Positions 1 to 9,776 of a stretch of DNA of 64,000 nt are shown in pieces; positions within the stretch are counted from its first letter, which is position 1, and every line of letters starts with the position of its first letter. Location: positions 1 to 64,000 of the IMG/VR virus record IMGVR_UViG_3300028920_000065; one strand, given 5' to 3'. Source of the stretch: a virus. The translations under genes were made by a program, and so were the position numbers. The notes under the pieces were generated by a model. It ran no database searches and was not told where the DNA came from. It worked only from the letters and a program-made list of their open reading frames with translations.

Positions 1-163
1 CTGAATTTCCAATAGCAAGTTCACCTTTCTTTTGGAAATAGCTGATGATAAATGAATGAGAATCTGGATTCTCTCCAGATTCTCTAACTTCTTTTCTTTG
101 GTCAGGGTTTAAATAAAAGAATTTACCCTGACCGTTGCTTACAAAACTAAAAAATTGACACAT
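1..163 (-). CDS. Hypothetical phage protein, 5' part only (runs off window)
   Basis: GGAGG RBS then ATG at 163; reads MCQFFSFVSNGQGKFFYLNPDQRKEVRESGENPDSHSFII..., open to the window edge; absent from ORF track. Confidence 0.7.
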   Translation of the reverse strand, partial: MCQFFSFVSNGQGKFFYLNPDQRKEVRESGENPDSHSFIISYFQKKGELAIGNS

Positions 164-181
164 AAATTTTCCTCCTTTATT

Positions 182-592
182 TCATTTATTTTTTAACTTC
201 TTTATATCATTTAAAGATTCCCATTTCTTATTTAAAAATTCATAATATTTCTTTTTTTCTTCTGGATTTTCTTTTTTCTCAACATATTCTTTTACAACTT
301 TTTCATTATGTATAATTTTTTCATGATAATGATGTTCTGATTTCTTTTCTTTTTCTTCATATTCATTGAGTGTTTCAATAAATTTTTCTGTAAGTTGAAT
401 CTGATAATCTTTTTCCTCTAATAATTCTTCCTGAGTGCAAACTTGATTTTCTAATTCAGAAATCTTTTGCTTCATATTTTGCCATTTATTATATACAAAA
501 AAAACTGCAATTGCAATACTAATTAAAACAATTACACTTGATATAGATTTCCAATATTTAAATATAAAACTTATTATCATACTAGGAATCAT
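182..592 (-). CDS. Membrane-anchored coiled-coil protein (i-spanin-like)
   Basis: Single N-terminal TM (ISSVIVLISIAIAVFFVY) then coiled coil; GGAG RBS before ATG 592. Confidence 0.45.
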   Translation of the reverse strand: MIPSMIISFIFKYWKSISSVIVLISIAIAVFFVYNKWQNMKQKISELENQVCTQEELLEEKDYQIQLTEKFIETLNEYEEKEKKSEHHYHEKIIHNEKVVKEYVEKKENPEEKKKYYEFLNKKWESLNDIKKLKNK

Positions 593-1190
593 TTTTTTCT
601 CCATTAATACGAATTTTGAATCTAGTCGCATGGCTCTTAAACCTCATTTCCATTTTATTTTTATTTTTATCATATATTACGGTTGAATTATTTTTTATTT
701 CTTCTTCTGAAAATTGATATAAATCAAATCTTGAAAAAAGAGATGATATAAATGTATTTACCATTGATGTTGCATAATATTTTTGAGACTGATCAATATT
801 TTGCTTGAGGACCTGATTCAAAAATAACTTTTTAACGAACATACGCCGGCTCTGACGAACAATTATATCCTTTTTAAGGTTTTCTATTGCTTCATCAAAA
901 TTATTTCTAAAATCATCTAAATTAATAGTATATTCTCCAATTTTCAAAACTGGATTTTCAAGAACTTTTTCTGGAAGATTTTTCAAATCTTCAATCATAA
1001 ATAAATATACCCTTTCTTTTTTTATATCATAAGATTTTGAAGTTTTCAAATTTTCAATTAATTCACGATAATCCATTACTAATCGATTCATATTAACCTT
1101 ACCAATTTTTTCTCCAATTAAATTCTTTTTAAATTGTTCTTCTGATTTTATTGGATTTTCTGGAAACATTTCTTTGCTCATTTCACTCAT
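582..1190 (-). CDS. Hypothetical protein
   Basis: 202-aa ORF overlapping both neighbours in an operon. Confidence 0.7.
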   Translation of the reverse strand: MSEMSKEMFPENPIKSEEQFKKNLIGEKIGKVNMNRLVMDYRELIENLKTSKSYDIKKERVYLFMIEDLKNLPEKVLENPVLKIGEYTINLDDFRNNFDEAIENLKKDIIVRQSRRMFVKKLFLNQVLKQNIDQSQKYYATSMVNTFISSLFSRFDLYQFSEEEIKNNSTVIYDKNKNKMEMRFKSHATRFKIRINGEKNDS

Positions 1191-1450
1191 TCGTAACTCC
1201 TTAAAAATTCATAATCATCTTCTTTGCATTTAATTTCAGAAATATGTAAACATTTATCATGAATTTGTGATCTTTCAAAAATATCCCTTGTTTTATATTT
1301 AGATGCACATTTATTATAAACTGATATAAAACAATCCGAATTAATTTTCATATGTGCAATTGGTTCCTTATTATGTATTTCTGATTTAAAATATAAAATA
1401 GAAATAATTAAAAATAATGATATAAAAAATAAAAACTGTTGTATTTTCAT
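1187..1450 (-). CDS. Small exported/membrane protein with four Cys
   Basis: N-terminal hydrophobic segment; 4 Cys in soluble part; 4-bp overlaps with neighbours. Confidence 0.6.
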   Translation of the reverse strand: MKIQQFLFFISLFLIISILYFKSEIHNKEPIAHMKINSDCFISVYNKCASKYKTRDIFERSQIHDKCLHISEIKCKEDDYEFLRSYE

Positions 1451-1809
1451 AATTCAATCTCCTCTGTTGATTCTTCAAATTCAATCAATTCAACAACTTT
1501 TTTAATAAACTTTTGCATTAAAATTGCACGTGACCTCGAAGTCACTTTAATATCTAAAATTGGACATGAAAGAGTTTTTCTTCCTTTCTTATCTTTTTTG
1601 ATTTCATGAACATCTTGACATAAACATAAAATCTTTTCTTTATCAGGAGATATAATATATGGTATATCTCCTACTTTTACATTTTTAATATATTTATCAA
1701 TTGTTTCGTGGTCAAGAATCATATTACCTTGACTTGATGCAATTTTAGCATCCTTAATTTTTCTTTTATACTCTCTTGATTCTCTTCTTTTTTCAGCTCT
1801 TTTTGACAT
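1447..1809 (-). CDS. Hypothetical basic protein
   Basis: 120-aa ORF with GGGAG RBS and upstream early-type promoter. Confidence 0.7.
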   Translation of the reverse strand: MSKRAEKRRESREYKRKIKDAKIASSQGNMILDHETIDKYIKNVKVGDIPYIISPDKEKILCLCQDVHEIKKDKKGRKTLSCPILDIKVTSRSRAILMQKFIKKVVELIEFEESTEEIEL

Positions 1810-1864
1810 AAAATTCTCCCTTAAACATTAATATACTAATTTTTTTAGAAAAGTCAAATTAAAT

Positions 1865-2086
1865 TTATACTGCAAATATAGAAGTGTCGTTTTCTTCATT
1901 TATACTTTCATCTTTTTCTTCACATTCAATTTCTTCTTCTTCATCAAGATCATCTTCATTTATTTTAAATGTTTTACGAATTCTAAATTCCTCTTTTTTT
2001 CCTTTATTCCATTGATTTAAAGGAGAATAAAATCCAACAACTCTTGAATAAACTACCATCTTTTCATTACATCGTCTTTTAGCCAT
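1865..2086 (-). CDS. Stand-alone NrdD C-terminal glycyl-radical peptide with acidic tail
   Basis: VYSRVVGFYSPLNQWNKGKKEEF matches the class III RNR C-terminal glycyl-radical loop (RVxGY ... WNxGKxxEF). Confidence 0.8.
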   Translation of the reverse strand: MAKRRCNEKMVVYSRVVGFYSPLNQWNKGKKEEFRIRKTFKINEDDLDEEEEIECEEKDESINEENDTSIFAV

Positions 2087-2115
2087 AAATACCTCTTTGT
2101 TTTCTGTTTTAAAAT

Positions 2116-3210
2116 TTACTTCAGAAAACTTTCACACAATTCTGGATTTTTCATTACCTGAACAGATTTTTCTGTTGTTGAAAGTAAAATAGTTGGCATA
2201 CCAGAAATACCACGCCCAAAATATCTATTTGAAAAGGCATCAAATTTTGTTTTAAATGTTCCTGTTTGGATAAACCAAGCTTCACCACCAAACTCTTTTC
2301 CTTGATCAGCAGCCGTTGAATACATTTGAGTGTATTGAAATGCAGGTGTATGTTTATGCGCTGTTACAACGACATCTCCAGGATAAAATTCTTTATACAA
2401 TCTTCTTTGTCCGTGATTTTCATTGTACATAGAATATCCTTTTCCAACATGACTCATTACAATAGAATAGGAAACAGTTGTCCCTCTTTTTTTATTTATA
2501 ATTTCTAAATTTAAAACTCCCATACCATCAAAATAAACAAAATCATCTCCAAACATATGTTGAACAATTGAAAATCCAGTATTTTGCTCATCCCTATTAT
2601 CATCATGATTGCCCCATGTCATAGCTAAAACTTTATTTTTTGCTTTAAATTCCTCAAGGATAGATGCTAAAAGTTGTGTTTGTTCTTTTGGTCCCATGAT
2701 TTGATCGAGAATGCAAGAAGCAGTTCTAAATTTAACAAAATTATCCCTATAATCACCAACACATAAAACATACATTCCATCAGTATTAGAAATATAATCA
2801 ATATTTCTTCCAAACGATGCATAATCAACTGAACTTGATCCCATATGCCAATCAGCAGAGGTTGCTATAGCAATATTATCTCTATCTGTTTCTATTTTTA
2901 TAGTTGCAAAAACTTGACCATTTGACATTCTATCAGTCAAATTTTGATGTTTTTGAAAATGATCAAACAATTCTTTCCAATGAACATTTTCAGATTCATT
3001 TTTATCTAAATATTCAATAATATCATTTTCTAGAATATTTTTTTCTTCTTTTAATCCCAAAAATTCTTCAACTCGTTTTAACCCTTTTTTTCTTTTCTGA
3101 AAAAATGAACTCGCTGAAATTCCATTTGAATTAAGAAAGTCTTGAATTGACATACCACTTGCAGTTGCAAGCGCCTTGACTTGTTGTTTCAAAGATTCAT
3201 AACTACTCAT
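2116..3210 (-). CDS. Calcineurin-like metallophosphoesterase with N-terminal HTH-like segment
   Basis: DWHMG, GDYRD, GNHD, SH, AHKH motifs. Confidence 0.8.
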   Translation of the reverse strand: MSSYESLKQQVKALATASGMSIQDFLNSNGISASSFFQKRKKGLKRVEEFLGLKEEKNILENDIIEYLDKNESENVHWKELFDHFQKHQNLTDRMSNGQVFATIKIETDRDNIAIATSADWHMGSSSVDYASFGRNIDYISNTDGMYVLCVGDYRDNFVKFRTASCILDQIMGPKEQTQLLASILEEFKAKNKVLAMTWGNHDDNRDEQNTGFSIVQHMFGDDFVYFDGMGVLNLEIINKKRGTTVSYSIVMSHVGKGYSMYNENHGQRRLYKEFYPGDVVVTAHKHTPAFQYTQMYSTAADQGKEFGGEAWFIQTGTFKTKFDAFSNRYFGRGISGMPTILLSTTEKSVQVMKNPELCESFLK

Positions 3211-3910
3211 AACTTTTAATTTCCTCTATAATTAACAATAAATCCTGTAAATTTTTATGATTTTCTTTTACATCATATACAATTTCTTCTTTAAAAAAAT
3301 CATGTTTTGTTTCATAGGATAAAAGAAATTTATCATCATATATTTCTGAAATTTCTATTTCCTTGTAAATAATATGATTTGAATCCCTTAAAATACCAGA
3401 ATAATAATAATCTTCATGAATTGGTTGAATAGTTTGACCATCAAATCGATCATTTAATAAAAAAGTACAATATTCTTTATAAAACATAATCAAAAATTTT
3501 CTAAGGATAATTTCAGTAATATCTAATTCAACATAATCTTCAAAAATATTATCTATTGTTTCAGCAATGACACGGGCAAGGATTCCTTCATGTTTTAATA
3601 ATCTTTTAGGAATTTCTATTATTCTAAAATTGGATTGTTTAATATAGATATGAATATCATTTTCATTTATAAAAAATGCTTTTGAATGATGCATTTTTGT
3701 TACATTACTTCCAAATCTTAACCATAAAGATCTTTTACTCCTTTCATCCTTTTTATCTTGTTCAAGTGCCTGACAATTAGCAATTGTATCGACACTACCA
3801 GACAAACGATCAATAGCATTTGCCATTTTATCTATTTTAGAAATTAATCTATCATCAATCAATGTTTTTTCTGGTAAAATCAATTTTTTTCGTTTAAAAA
3901 AATTAAACAT
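3203..3910 (-). CDS. Hypothetical protein
   Basis: 235-aa ORF with AGGAG RBS. Confidence 0.7.
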   Translation of the reverse strand: MFNFFKRKKLILPEKTLIDDRLISKIDKMANAIDRLSGSVDTIANCQALEQDKKDERSKRSLWLRFGSNVTKMHHSKAFFINENDIHIYIKQSNFRIIEIPKRLLKHEGILARVIAETIDNIFEDYVELDITEIILRKFLIMFYKEYCTFLLNDRFDGQTIQPIHEDYYYSGILRDSNHIIYKEIEISEIYDDKFLLSYETKHDFFKEEIVYDVKENHKNLQDLLLIIEEIKSYE

Positions 3911-3938
3911 AATTTTCTCCTTTCATTAAAATTATTTA

Positions 3939-6779
3939 CTAAAACAACTTAAAATCATATTGTTCATAAAGTTCATCTTTTCTATCAACAATATCTGCAT
4001 AATCTTCAAAGAATTTTCCTAATATTGTTTGATAATGTGCATCAATATCAACATATTCATCAAGGTCAAATTCTTTTGGTAAAAACTCTTTAATTGCAAT
4101 GGTATCTATAAAATATTTGTTATCTGATTTTAATTTTAAAATTTTTGCTTTATCTCCTCCTTGATGTGGTTGATAAATATCTTCAAGGTTTAATTTAGAT
4201 ATTAAATTATTAAAATGTATTGCTGCTTTAACTTGTTGAGGAGCTTTTTTTTTAAAAGTTGAAAGTGTTTCAGATTTATATTCATAATATTTCTTTATTC
4301 CATTAATTGTTTTTGGGATTGCAATTTCTTCAATTGGAATGTCATCAAAAATACTTTTTACTTTTTTAATATAATTTTTAATATCAAGTCCCCAAACAAG
4401 TCTTTTAATGTATTTTATCATATATGGTTTAAGTTGTGTTGGAGTATCTGATCTTACAGTTTGCATTCCCATTATCTTCATATCTGGATAACCATATCTA
4501 TCGCCTTCATTATCATAAACATAAATTGCATATCTCTTTTTTGCCTTCCAAAAAGCACCCTTTCCTATTATTTCCCGATCCATATTCATTGTATTTACAA
4601 ATCCACCAATCATATTATACATATTTTCATAAATTTCTTTGATTTTTGGAAAAAGATATTTTTTTTCAAATGAATCTAAGAAATCAACAATATCATAATC
4701 AGACATATTTTTTAGTTTTTCTTCTGGTAATTTTTGAACAATTGGAGTAACATCAAGATAAAAGGAATCTGTATCACCTGCGATAATATTATCATGATTT
4801 TCATCGAGTCCACAAATAGTATTAATATATTTGTTAACTCGTGTACCACAATACATATTTGCAACTTGTCCCATTGTAGTAATTGCCTCAGCCATATCTT
4901 TATCAAATAAAGGAAAAGATTTCACCTGCAATGCACCATAAAAAGAATTCAAAAGAATTTTTTCTGCAAGTTGTATATTATTTAAATTTCTTGATTTAAT
5001 TAAAAGTTCTTTTCTTTTTAAAGCATCTTTTTCATTTTTTGCAAGATTTCTGTATTTTCCTGATTCTGTTTTATGATTTTTTCTTTGTAAAAACAAAGAT
5101 GAAATTAAATTAGGAATAAATCCTTCCTTTTTAGCATCAAAAACAGTTCCAAATGGAGTTATTATTTTTTTCTGTTTTTTCCAAGGTTCAAAATCAAATG
5201 TACCAGTAATAAAATCATCTATAGCATTAATATTTTGCTTCTCATTATGTAAAATAGTTTCAGGACTCATATTACAAAAACGAATTAGGGAAGGATACAA
5301 TGATGTTAAATCTTCAGATAAAATCCATTCCTTTCTTCCAAATTGAGGTTCATAAACAACTGCACCAACAATACTTTCTCCTGTTTGACCTGAACCAGTT
5401 GAAGGAATAATTTTATTTTCATCCAATAAGCGATTAAAAAGATTTGCTGCCCATACAGCAGTAGTAGATGCAAATTTTTTTGGATTTGAACCTGAATAAT
5501 GAGCAATAGAAAACATCAAATCTATATAACCAAGATTTTTATCAATTGCTTCAAGACATTCAACATCCCCTATGTTGTATATACAATATTTTTTCTTATC
5601 ATTAAGCCACAATGTTCTTAAATCACCATCATAATTTATCTTTCCAATGCCAGCAACTGATTGGGAAACATCCTCTAATTTATATGAATCCCTTTTATTT
5701 TGTGTATATTTTTTATCAAGCTGAATATAATCCAATTGATTGATTCCAACAATATCCCAACTCTCTATTTTAGATCCATCTAATTTTTCAAGCTCCTTAT
5801 GTTTTAAATAATTAAATGGAGATATTTTTTTTGCTTCATTATTTCCAAGTAATTTTTTTGCTCTTCTGAGGAAATAAGGATCATCAAAATAATCAGAGTT
5901 CCATCCACATGTGACATCAAATTCATTTTGCCGTACAAATGATATAAAATGTGAAATTAATTCCTCTTCAAATTCAAAAGAATATATTTTCATTTCTTTT
6001 GCAATTCTAAAATATTCTTCAATATTAGACCATTGTTCTATTTTTTTATTAATTTTAACAATAAATTCCTTATCTTTTTCAATAAAAAATTCAATATGTT
6101 CTAGTTCTTCTGGATCACTAACAATTAATTTAATTTCATCTTTTCTTTTTTTATATTCTTCATATTGTTTTACTTTTTCATGGATCATTTTTCTAACTGC
6201 ATCAGCTTTATCTTTATATTTTTTTAAAAATACCTTTTTAGCATTCATTAAAGAATTTTCTACTTCAAAAAGAGTTTTAAATTGATTTAATTCAGGAAAT
6301 TTATATTTAAACCAATCAATTGATTCAAATTCATCTGTCAATGCCCATAAATGTATATTATTGCTCGATCTATTTAATCCAGAAATAGTAACAATAGGAT
6401 GTTCTGCTTCTTCTGCATGTGGAAATCCTTTTTCTGACCAAACCTCAATATCATAAAACAGAACTTTAATTTTATCTGAATCAAAGTTTTTTGCAAGATT
6501 ATCCTCTCTTATTTTTTCTACAATTGGAAGTTCACGACCTATATTACCGACAACTAAAGATCTTGGATATGTTCTAATTGCTTGATTAAATTCATTAAGA
6601 TTAATATTTACTACTTTATCAACATTTTCATTTTCTGGAAATGTTTTATATTCTGTTTCTTTGCTTGTTTTTAAGAAAAAATATGGCTGAAAATGATTAT
6701 CCCTTTCATAAACTTTAGTTCCATTTTCATATTTACTAACATATAAACTATTTCCTATCCTATCAATATATGTATACAT
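3939..6779 (-). CDS. 43: Family B DNA polymerase (T4 gp43-like) with helical insertion in exonuclease domain
   Basis: ExoI YDIEV, ExoII GWNSDYFD, ExoIII YNIGDV; polymerase motifs DLTSLYPS, KILLNSFYG, AGDTDS, AKKRY. Confidence 0.95.
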   Translation of the reverse strand: MYTYIDRIGNSLYVSKYENGTKVYERDNHFQPYFFLKTSKETEYKTFPENENVDKVVNINLNEFNQAIRTYPRSLVVGNIGRELPIVEKIREDNLAKNFDSDKIKVLFYDIEVWSEKGFPHAEEAEHPIVTISGLNRSSNNIHLWALTDEFESIDWFKYKFPELNQFKTLFEVENSLMNAKKVFLKKYKDKADAVRKMIHEKVKQYEEYKKRKDEIKLIVSDPEELEHIEFFIEKDKEFIVKINKKIEQWSNIEEYFRIAKEMKIYSFEFEEELISHFISFVRQNEFDVTCGWNSDYFDDPYFLRRAKKLLGNNEAKKISPFNYLKHKELEKLDGSKIESWDIVGINQLDYIQLDKKYTQNKRDSYKLEDVSQSVAGIGKINYDGDLRTLWLNDKKKYCIYNIGDVECLEAIDKNLGYIDLMFSIAHYSGSNPKKFASTTAVWAANLFNRLLDENKIIPSTGSGQTGESIVGAVVYEPQFGRKEWILSEDLTSLYPSLIRFCNMSPETILHNEKQNINAIDDFITGTFDFEPWKKQKKIITPFGTVFDAKKEGFIPNLISSLFLQRKNHKTESGKYRNLAKNEKDALKRKELLIKSRNLNNIQLAEKILLNSFYGALQVKSFPLFDKDMAEAITTMGQVANMYCGTRVNKYINTICGLDENHDNIIAGDTDSFYLDVTPIVQKLPEEKLKNMSDYDIVDFLDSFEKKYLFPKIKEIYENMYNMIGGFVNTMNMDREIIGKGAFWKAKKRYAIYVYDNEGDRYGYPDMKIMGMQTVRSDTPTQLKPYMIKYIKRLVWGLDIKNYIKKVKSIFDDIPIEEIAIPKTINGIKKYYEYKSETLSTFKKKAPQQVKAAIHFNNLISKLNLEDIYQPHQGGDKAKILKLKSDNKYFIDTIAIKEFLPKEFDLDEYVDIDAHYQTILGKFFEDYADIVDRKDELYEQYDFKLF

Positions 6780-6800
6780 TTGATCTCCTTTTACTTTCTT

Positions 6801-6830
6801 TTTTTATACAAGTTTTTTTAAGAAAGTAAA
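6801..6830 (-). promoter_or_regulatory. Early/middle-type phage promoter upstream of DNA polymerase
   Basis: TTTACTTTCTTAAAAAAACTTGTATAAAAA; member of the repeated promoter family. Confidence 0.75.
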
Positions 6831-6833
6831 GTA

Positions 6834-7310
6834 TTAAAATAATTCAATTTTAGATTTTTTAATTTTTTTAACAGTTGGATCCTTAGATACTTTTTTGTTT
6901 TTTGGTTCTTTTCTTTCTGGAGTAACAAGTTCCTTTTTTTCTCTTATCTTCTCAGACTGTATTAATTTCTTTTTTCCCTTCCTTTCATAAACAATTTCAT
7001 GTTCATATACAACACGTTCGACTAATTTTAATTGACATTCATTTATAACAATATCATTGAATTTTTCAAATGCTTCAATCAATTCATCATTCATTTTTTT
7101 AAGTTTTGTAATTTTTGGTTCTGAAAGTAAATTATGAAATTGAGCTGCTTTAAAAAGGGCTTTAAAACTTGTCATATATCCTGTAATATTTTTCCAAGTA
7201 TATTTATTTTCTTTCTCATTATAATTCTTCCTTTCTATCCATGCATCTTTTTTAGAGACAACAATTCTGAAATTTTCAGTCAAATTAATTATTCTTTCGT
7301 CTTTACTCAT
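6834..7310 (-). CDS. Hypothetical protein
   Basis: ORF with GAGG RBS before ATG 7310; basic C-terminus. Confidence 0.65.
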   Translation of the reverse strand: MSKDERIINLTENFRIVVSKKDAWIERKNYNEKENKYTWKNITGYMTSFKALFKAAQFHNLLSEPKITKLKKMNDELIEAFEKFNDIVINECQLKLVERVVYEHEIVYERKGKKKLIQSEKIREKKELVTPERKEPKNKKVSKDPTVKKIKKSKIELF

Positions 7311-7935
7311 TTTTTTTACCTCTTTTCTTTTCCTTGGGTTTATCATCATAATTAAAAAATTCTATAAATTCTTCATCTGTTCCACATTCTTCAAGAGTTT
7401 CCATAAAACTCATAGCACGTTCAATGGAACAATTAAAATAATCTGCAACCCTATATATAATTGGATCATCACTTGTAACTTTCGCTCCCAAATTAGTTAT
7501 AAAAAACTTCTTTTTCGGTGTAAGTTCTTCAATAAATTTATAAATTTTCATTGGAGATACTTTTCCTACCATCAAATTAACTTTAAAAGCAGCTTGAAAT
7601 AATTCTGGATGATATGAAATATATCTTACTAATGGATACACAAGGTTTTCAACTACGGACATCGAATAAACTTTTCTTTGAGGATCATTTTCGAGATTCA
7701 TTGATTCAAGTTTTTCCCTATTAAACAAAATTTTTTCAATATTCTCATATGACCGTCCATTTTTAGATTTTGTTATTCTCATTATAACATAAAAATAATT
7801 ATTATTTTCTAAAATTTCATTAAGGCATTTAAATTCAGTTAAAATGGTTATTAAATCAGTTAAAGTTGTTTTACGATGTTTTATTTCAAGTTCTTTTTTT
7901 TCTTCTACTTGCCCTAAAAATTCCATTATATCCAT
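7303..7935 (-). CDS. 62: Clamp loader small subunit (gp62-like)
   Basis: C-terminal VADYFNCSIERAMSFMETL and RYISYHPELFQAAFKVN resemble gp62 family; replication context. Confidence 0.6.
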   Translation of the reverse strand: MDIMEFLGQVEEKKELEIKHRKTTLTDLITILTEFKCLNEILENNNYFYVIMRITKSKNGRSYENIEKILFNREKLESMNLENDPQRKVYSMSVVENLVYPLVRYISYHPELFQAAFKVNLMVGKVSPMKIYKFIEELTPKKKFFITNLGAKVTSDDPIIYRVADYFNCSIERAMSFMETLEECGTDEEFIEFFNYDDKPKEKKRGKKNE

Positions 7936-7936
7936 T

Positions 7937-9022
7937 TTATCCTCCTTTATAAATTAATTCTTCAATTTGTTGTTGTTTTCTTTCTGCCAATTTCAATTTA
8001 GCATTTATTCCAGAAAAAGTATTTTTTTTAATAAAATCAATTATATTAGAATCACTCCAATTATATTTTACCTTCAAATCATTAATATCTTTTGCTTTAA
8101 CATATGCATCCCAAAGGAAAACATATTTACCATCATCAATAACTTTAAGAATTGACCTATTAATTGAAGAATTAAGAAATTCATTATCAAACACATAAAT
8201 TGAATGGGATTTTTGTATTTCTTTTAAATAATTTAATTTTAAATTAGCTGAAATCATAGATAGTATTTGTGTATCACGATCAAACGTGAGCTTATCTAAC
8301 ATACCTTCTAAGACAATTATTGGAAGATTATGATTCACAGTATTCTCCCCAAAGAAAAATCGCTCAGAAGAAGATTGTGTTACCATATTGAGGTATCTAA
8401 AATAACCATCAGAATTTAACATACGCATTCCAAAACCAATAGCATTATTCTTTGAATTTAAAAAAGGAACTACAATTCCTTCAAAACAAACATTTTTTCT
8501 CCATTTTTCTTGATATTGTTTTGTTTTAAATATTTTATTGAATATATTATAAGGATTGCCTACAAGGTAAAATATTTGATTCCAATGTCTTTCATGTATT
8601 TTTCTTTTCTTTAAATAAGTTGCTGGAATAGAATCTTTCTTTAAAGAAGATATTGGGTGCATCCAATAATAAAAATTTTTAATAGAATTTAATTCAATAA
8701 TAGGATTTTCAGTTTTTATGATTTCTATTTTTTCGTTTTTCTTTATTGATATTAAATTTTTTCTAAATTGTTCTTGTATAAACTCTTTCCATAAATTATA
8801 ATCAAGAGTTTTTATAAATTCAGAAAAAGAATTATTTTCACCGGCTATACAATTTCTTCTATGGCAATAAAAGAAAGGTTTTTCCGTATCAAGACCAAGA
8901 ATATATGCTGATCTTTTATTTGGTTTAGATTTTGAATCCCCACAAAAGGGACATCTAAAAGATGCTTTATTTGAACTTATTTTTAATTTTCTGAGTAATA
9001 ATCTCTGTAAATATGTTCGCAT
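7937..9022 (-). CDS. 61: DNA primase (gp61-like)
   Basis: FRCPFCGDSKSKPNKRSAY...FYCHRRNC zinc finger; TOPRIM VLEGMLD, VFDNE, KDIND. Confidence 0.92.
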   Translation of the reverse strand: MRTYLQRLLLRKLKISSNKASFRCPFCGDSKSKPNKRSAYILGLDTEKPFFYCHRRNCIAGENNSFSEFIKTLDYNLWKEFIQEQFRKNLISIKKNEKIEIIKTENPIIELNSIKNFYYWMHPISSLKKDSIPATYLKKRKIHERHWNQIFYLVGNPYNIFNKIFKTKQYQEKWRKNVCFEGIVVPFLNSKNNAIGFGMRMLNSDGYFRYLNMVTQSSSERFFFGENTVNHNLPIIVLEGMLDKLTFDRDTQILSMISANLKLNYLKEIQKSHSIYVFDNEFLNSSINRSILKVIDDGKYVFLWDAYVKAKDINDLKVKYNWSDSNIIDFIKKNTFSGINAKLKLAERKQQQIEELIYKGG

Positions 9023-9053
9023 TCAAATCCTTTTTTACAAATACAATCATTTA

Positions 9054-9083
9054 TTTTTATATACGTTTTTTTGAGAATGTAAA
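9054..9083 (-). promoter_or_regulatory. Early/middle-type promoter upstream of primase
   Basis: TTTACATTCTCAAAAAAACGTATATAAAAA; promoter family member. Confidence 0.7.
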
Positions 9084-9090
9084 GAGAAAT

Positions 9091-9369
9091 TTAATAAAGA
9101 TTCCACGGAATAACTTTCCATGGCTTTTTTTCATAAAAAATTATTGCAGATTCTTGATTTATATTTGATTCTTCATCTTTAGATATTGCATATTCAATAT
9201 TAATAATATCTATATCCAACTCTGTTTCAAGAAAAATATTAATTACATCTTGTAAAGAAAGTTCCTCTTCATAAAATTCATTTTCATCAGCACCATCTGG
9301 AAATTGAGAATAAATATATCCTTCATCATTTCTAAAAACTTTAGTTGGTTTTAATACTATTATTTCCAC
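9091..9369 (-). CDS. Hypothetical acidic protein
   Basis: 92-aa ORF, GTG start with AGGAG RBS. Confidence 0.6.
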   Translation of the reverse strand: MEIIVLKPTKVFRNDEGYIYSQFPDGADENEFYEEELSLQDVINIFLETELDIDIINIEYAISKDEESNINQESAIIFYEKKPWKVIPWNLY

Positions 9370-9393
9370 AATAAACTCCTTATTTTAATTTTA

Positions 9394-9765
9394 CTAAGCA
9401 TTAAGACCATCAAGAAAACCTAAAAATGTTATTTTAAATAAAATATGAGAAAGCCATTCAATCTCGCCAATCTCTTTTATTTCATTTTCATTAACATTCA
9501 TTCCAAACCAATACTTCCAAGGAATATAATCAAGCTGATAATGTTCATCATTTATTTTAGATTTTCCACACACATGAAGAATTTTTTCATCACCATCAGA
9601 TATAAATGAAACTTCAATGGCATAATAACATTTTTCAGGTTTAATTTCCCTAAGTTTTTTCCATACTTTTAAAAATAATTCTTTATCATTATTAGGATAA
9701 TTTTTTTCTAGTTTCGACCATACATTTTCAAAATCATTTCTCCAAATTAAAACATCTAAATTCAT
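9394..9765 (-). CDS. Conserved hypothetical protein (DUF6557-like)
   Basis: YQLDYIPWKYWFGM...LSHILFKITFLGF pattern recalled from this family. Confidence 0.55.
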   Translation of the reverse strand: MNLDVLIWRNDFENVWSKLEKNYPNNDKELFLKVWKKLREIKPEKCYYAIEVSFISDGDEKILHVCGKSKINDEHYQLDYIPWKYWFGMNVNENEIKEIGEIEWLSHILFKITFLGFLDGLNA

Positions 9766-9776
9766 AGACTCCTCAT

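Noticed and set aside
182-1450. Complete lysis cassette
   Set aside because: Only an i-spanin-like topology; no endolysin, convincing holin or o-spanin lipoprotein identified nearby
5985-6340. Intein in DNA polymerase
   Set aside because: No Cys/Ser start, no His-Asn end, no endonuclease motifs
8351-8430. Possible fifth copy of the dispersed element inside the primase gene (AAAAATCGCTCAGAAG)
   Set aside because: Only the short core matches and block order differs; needs profile scoring
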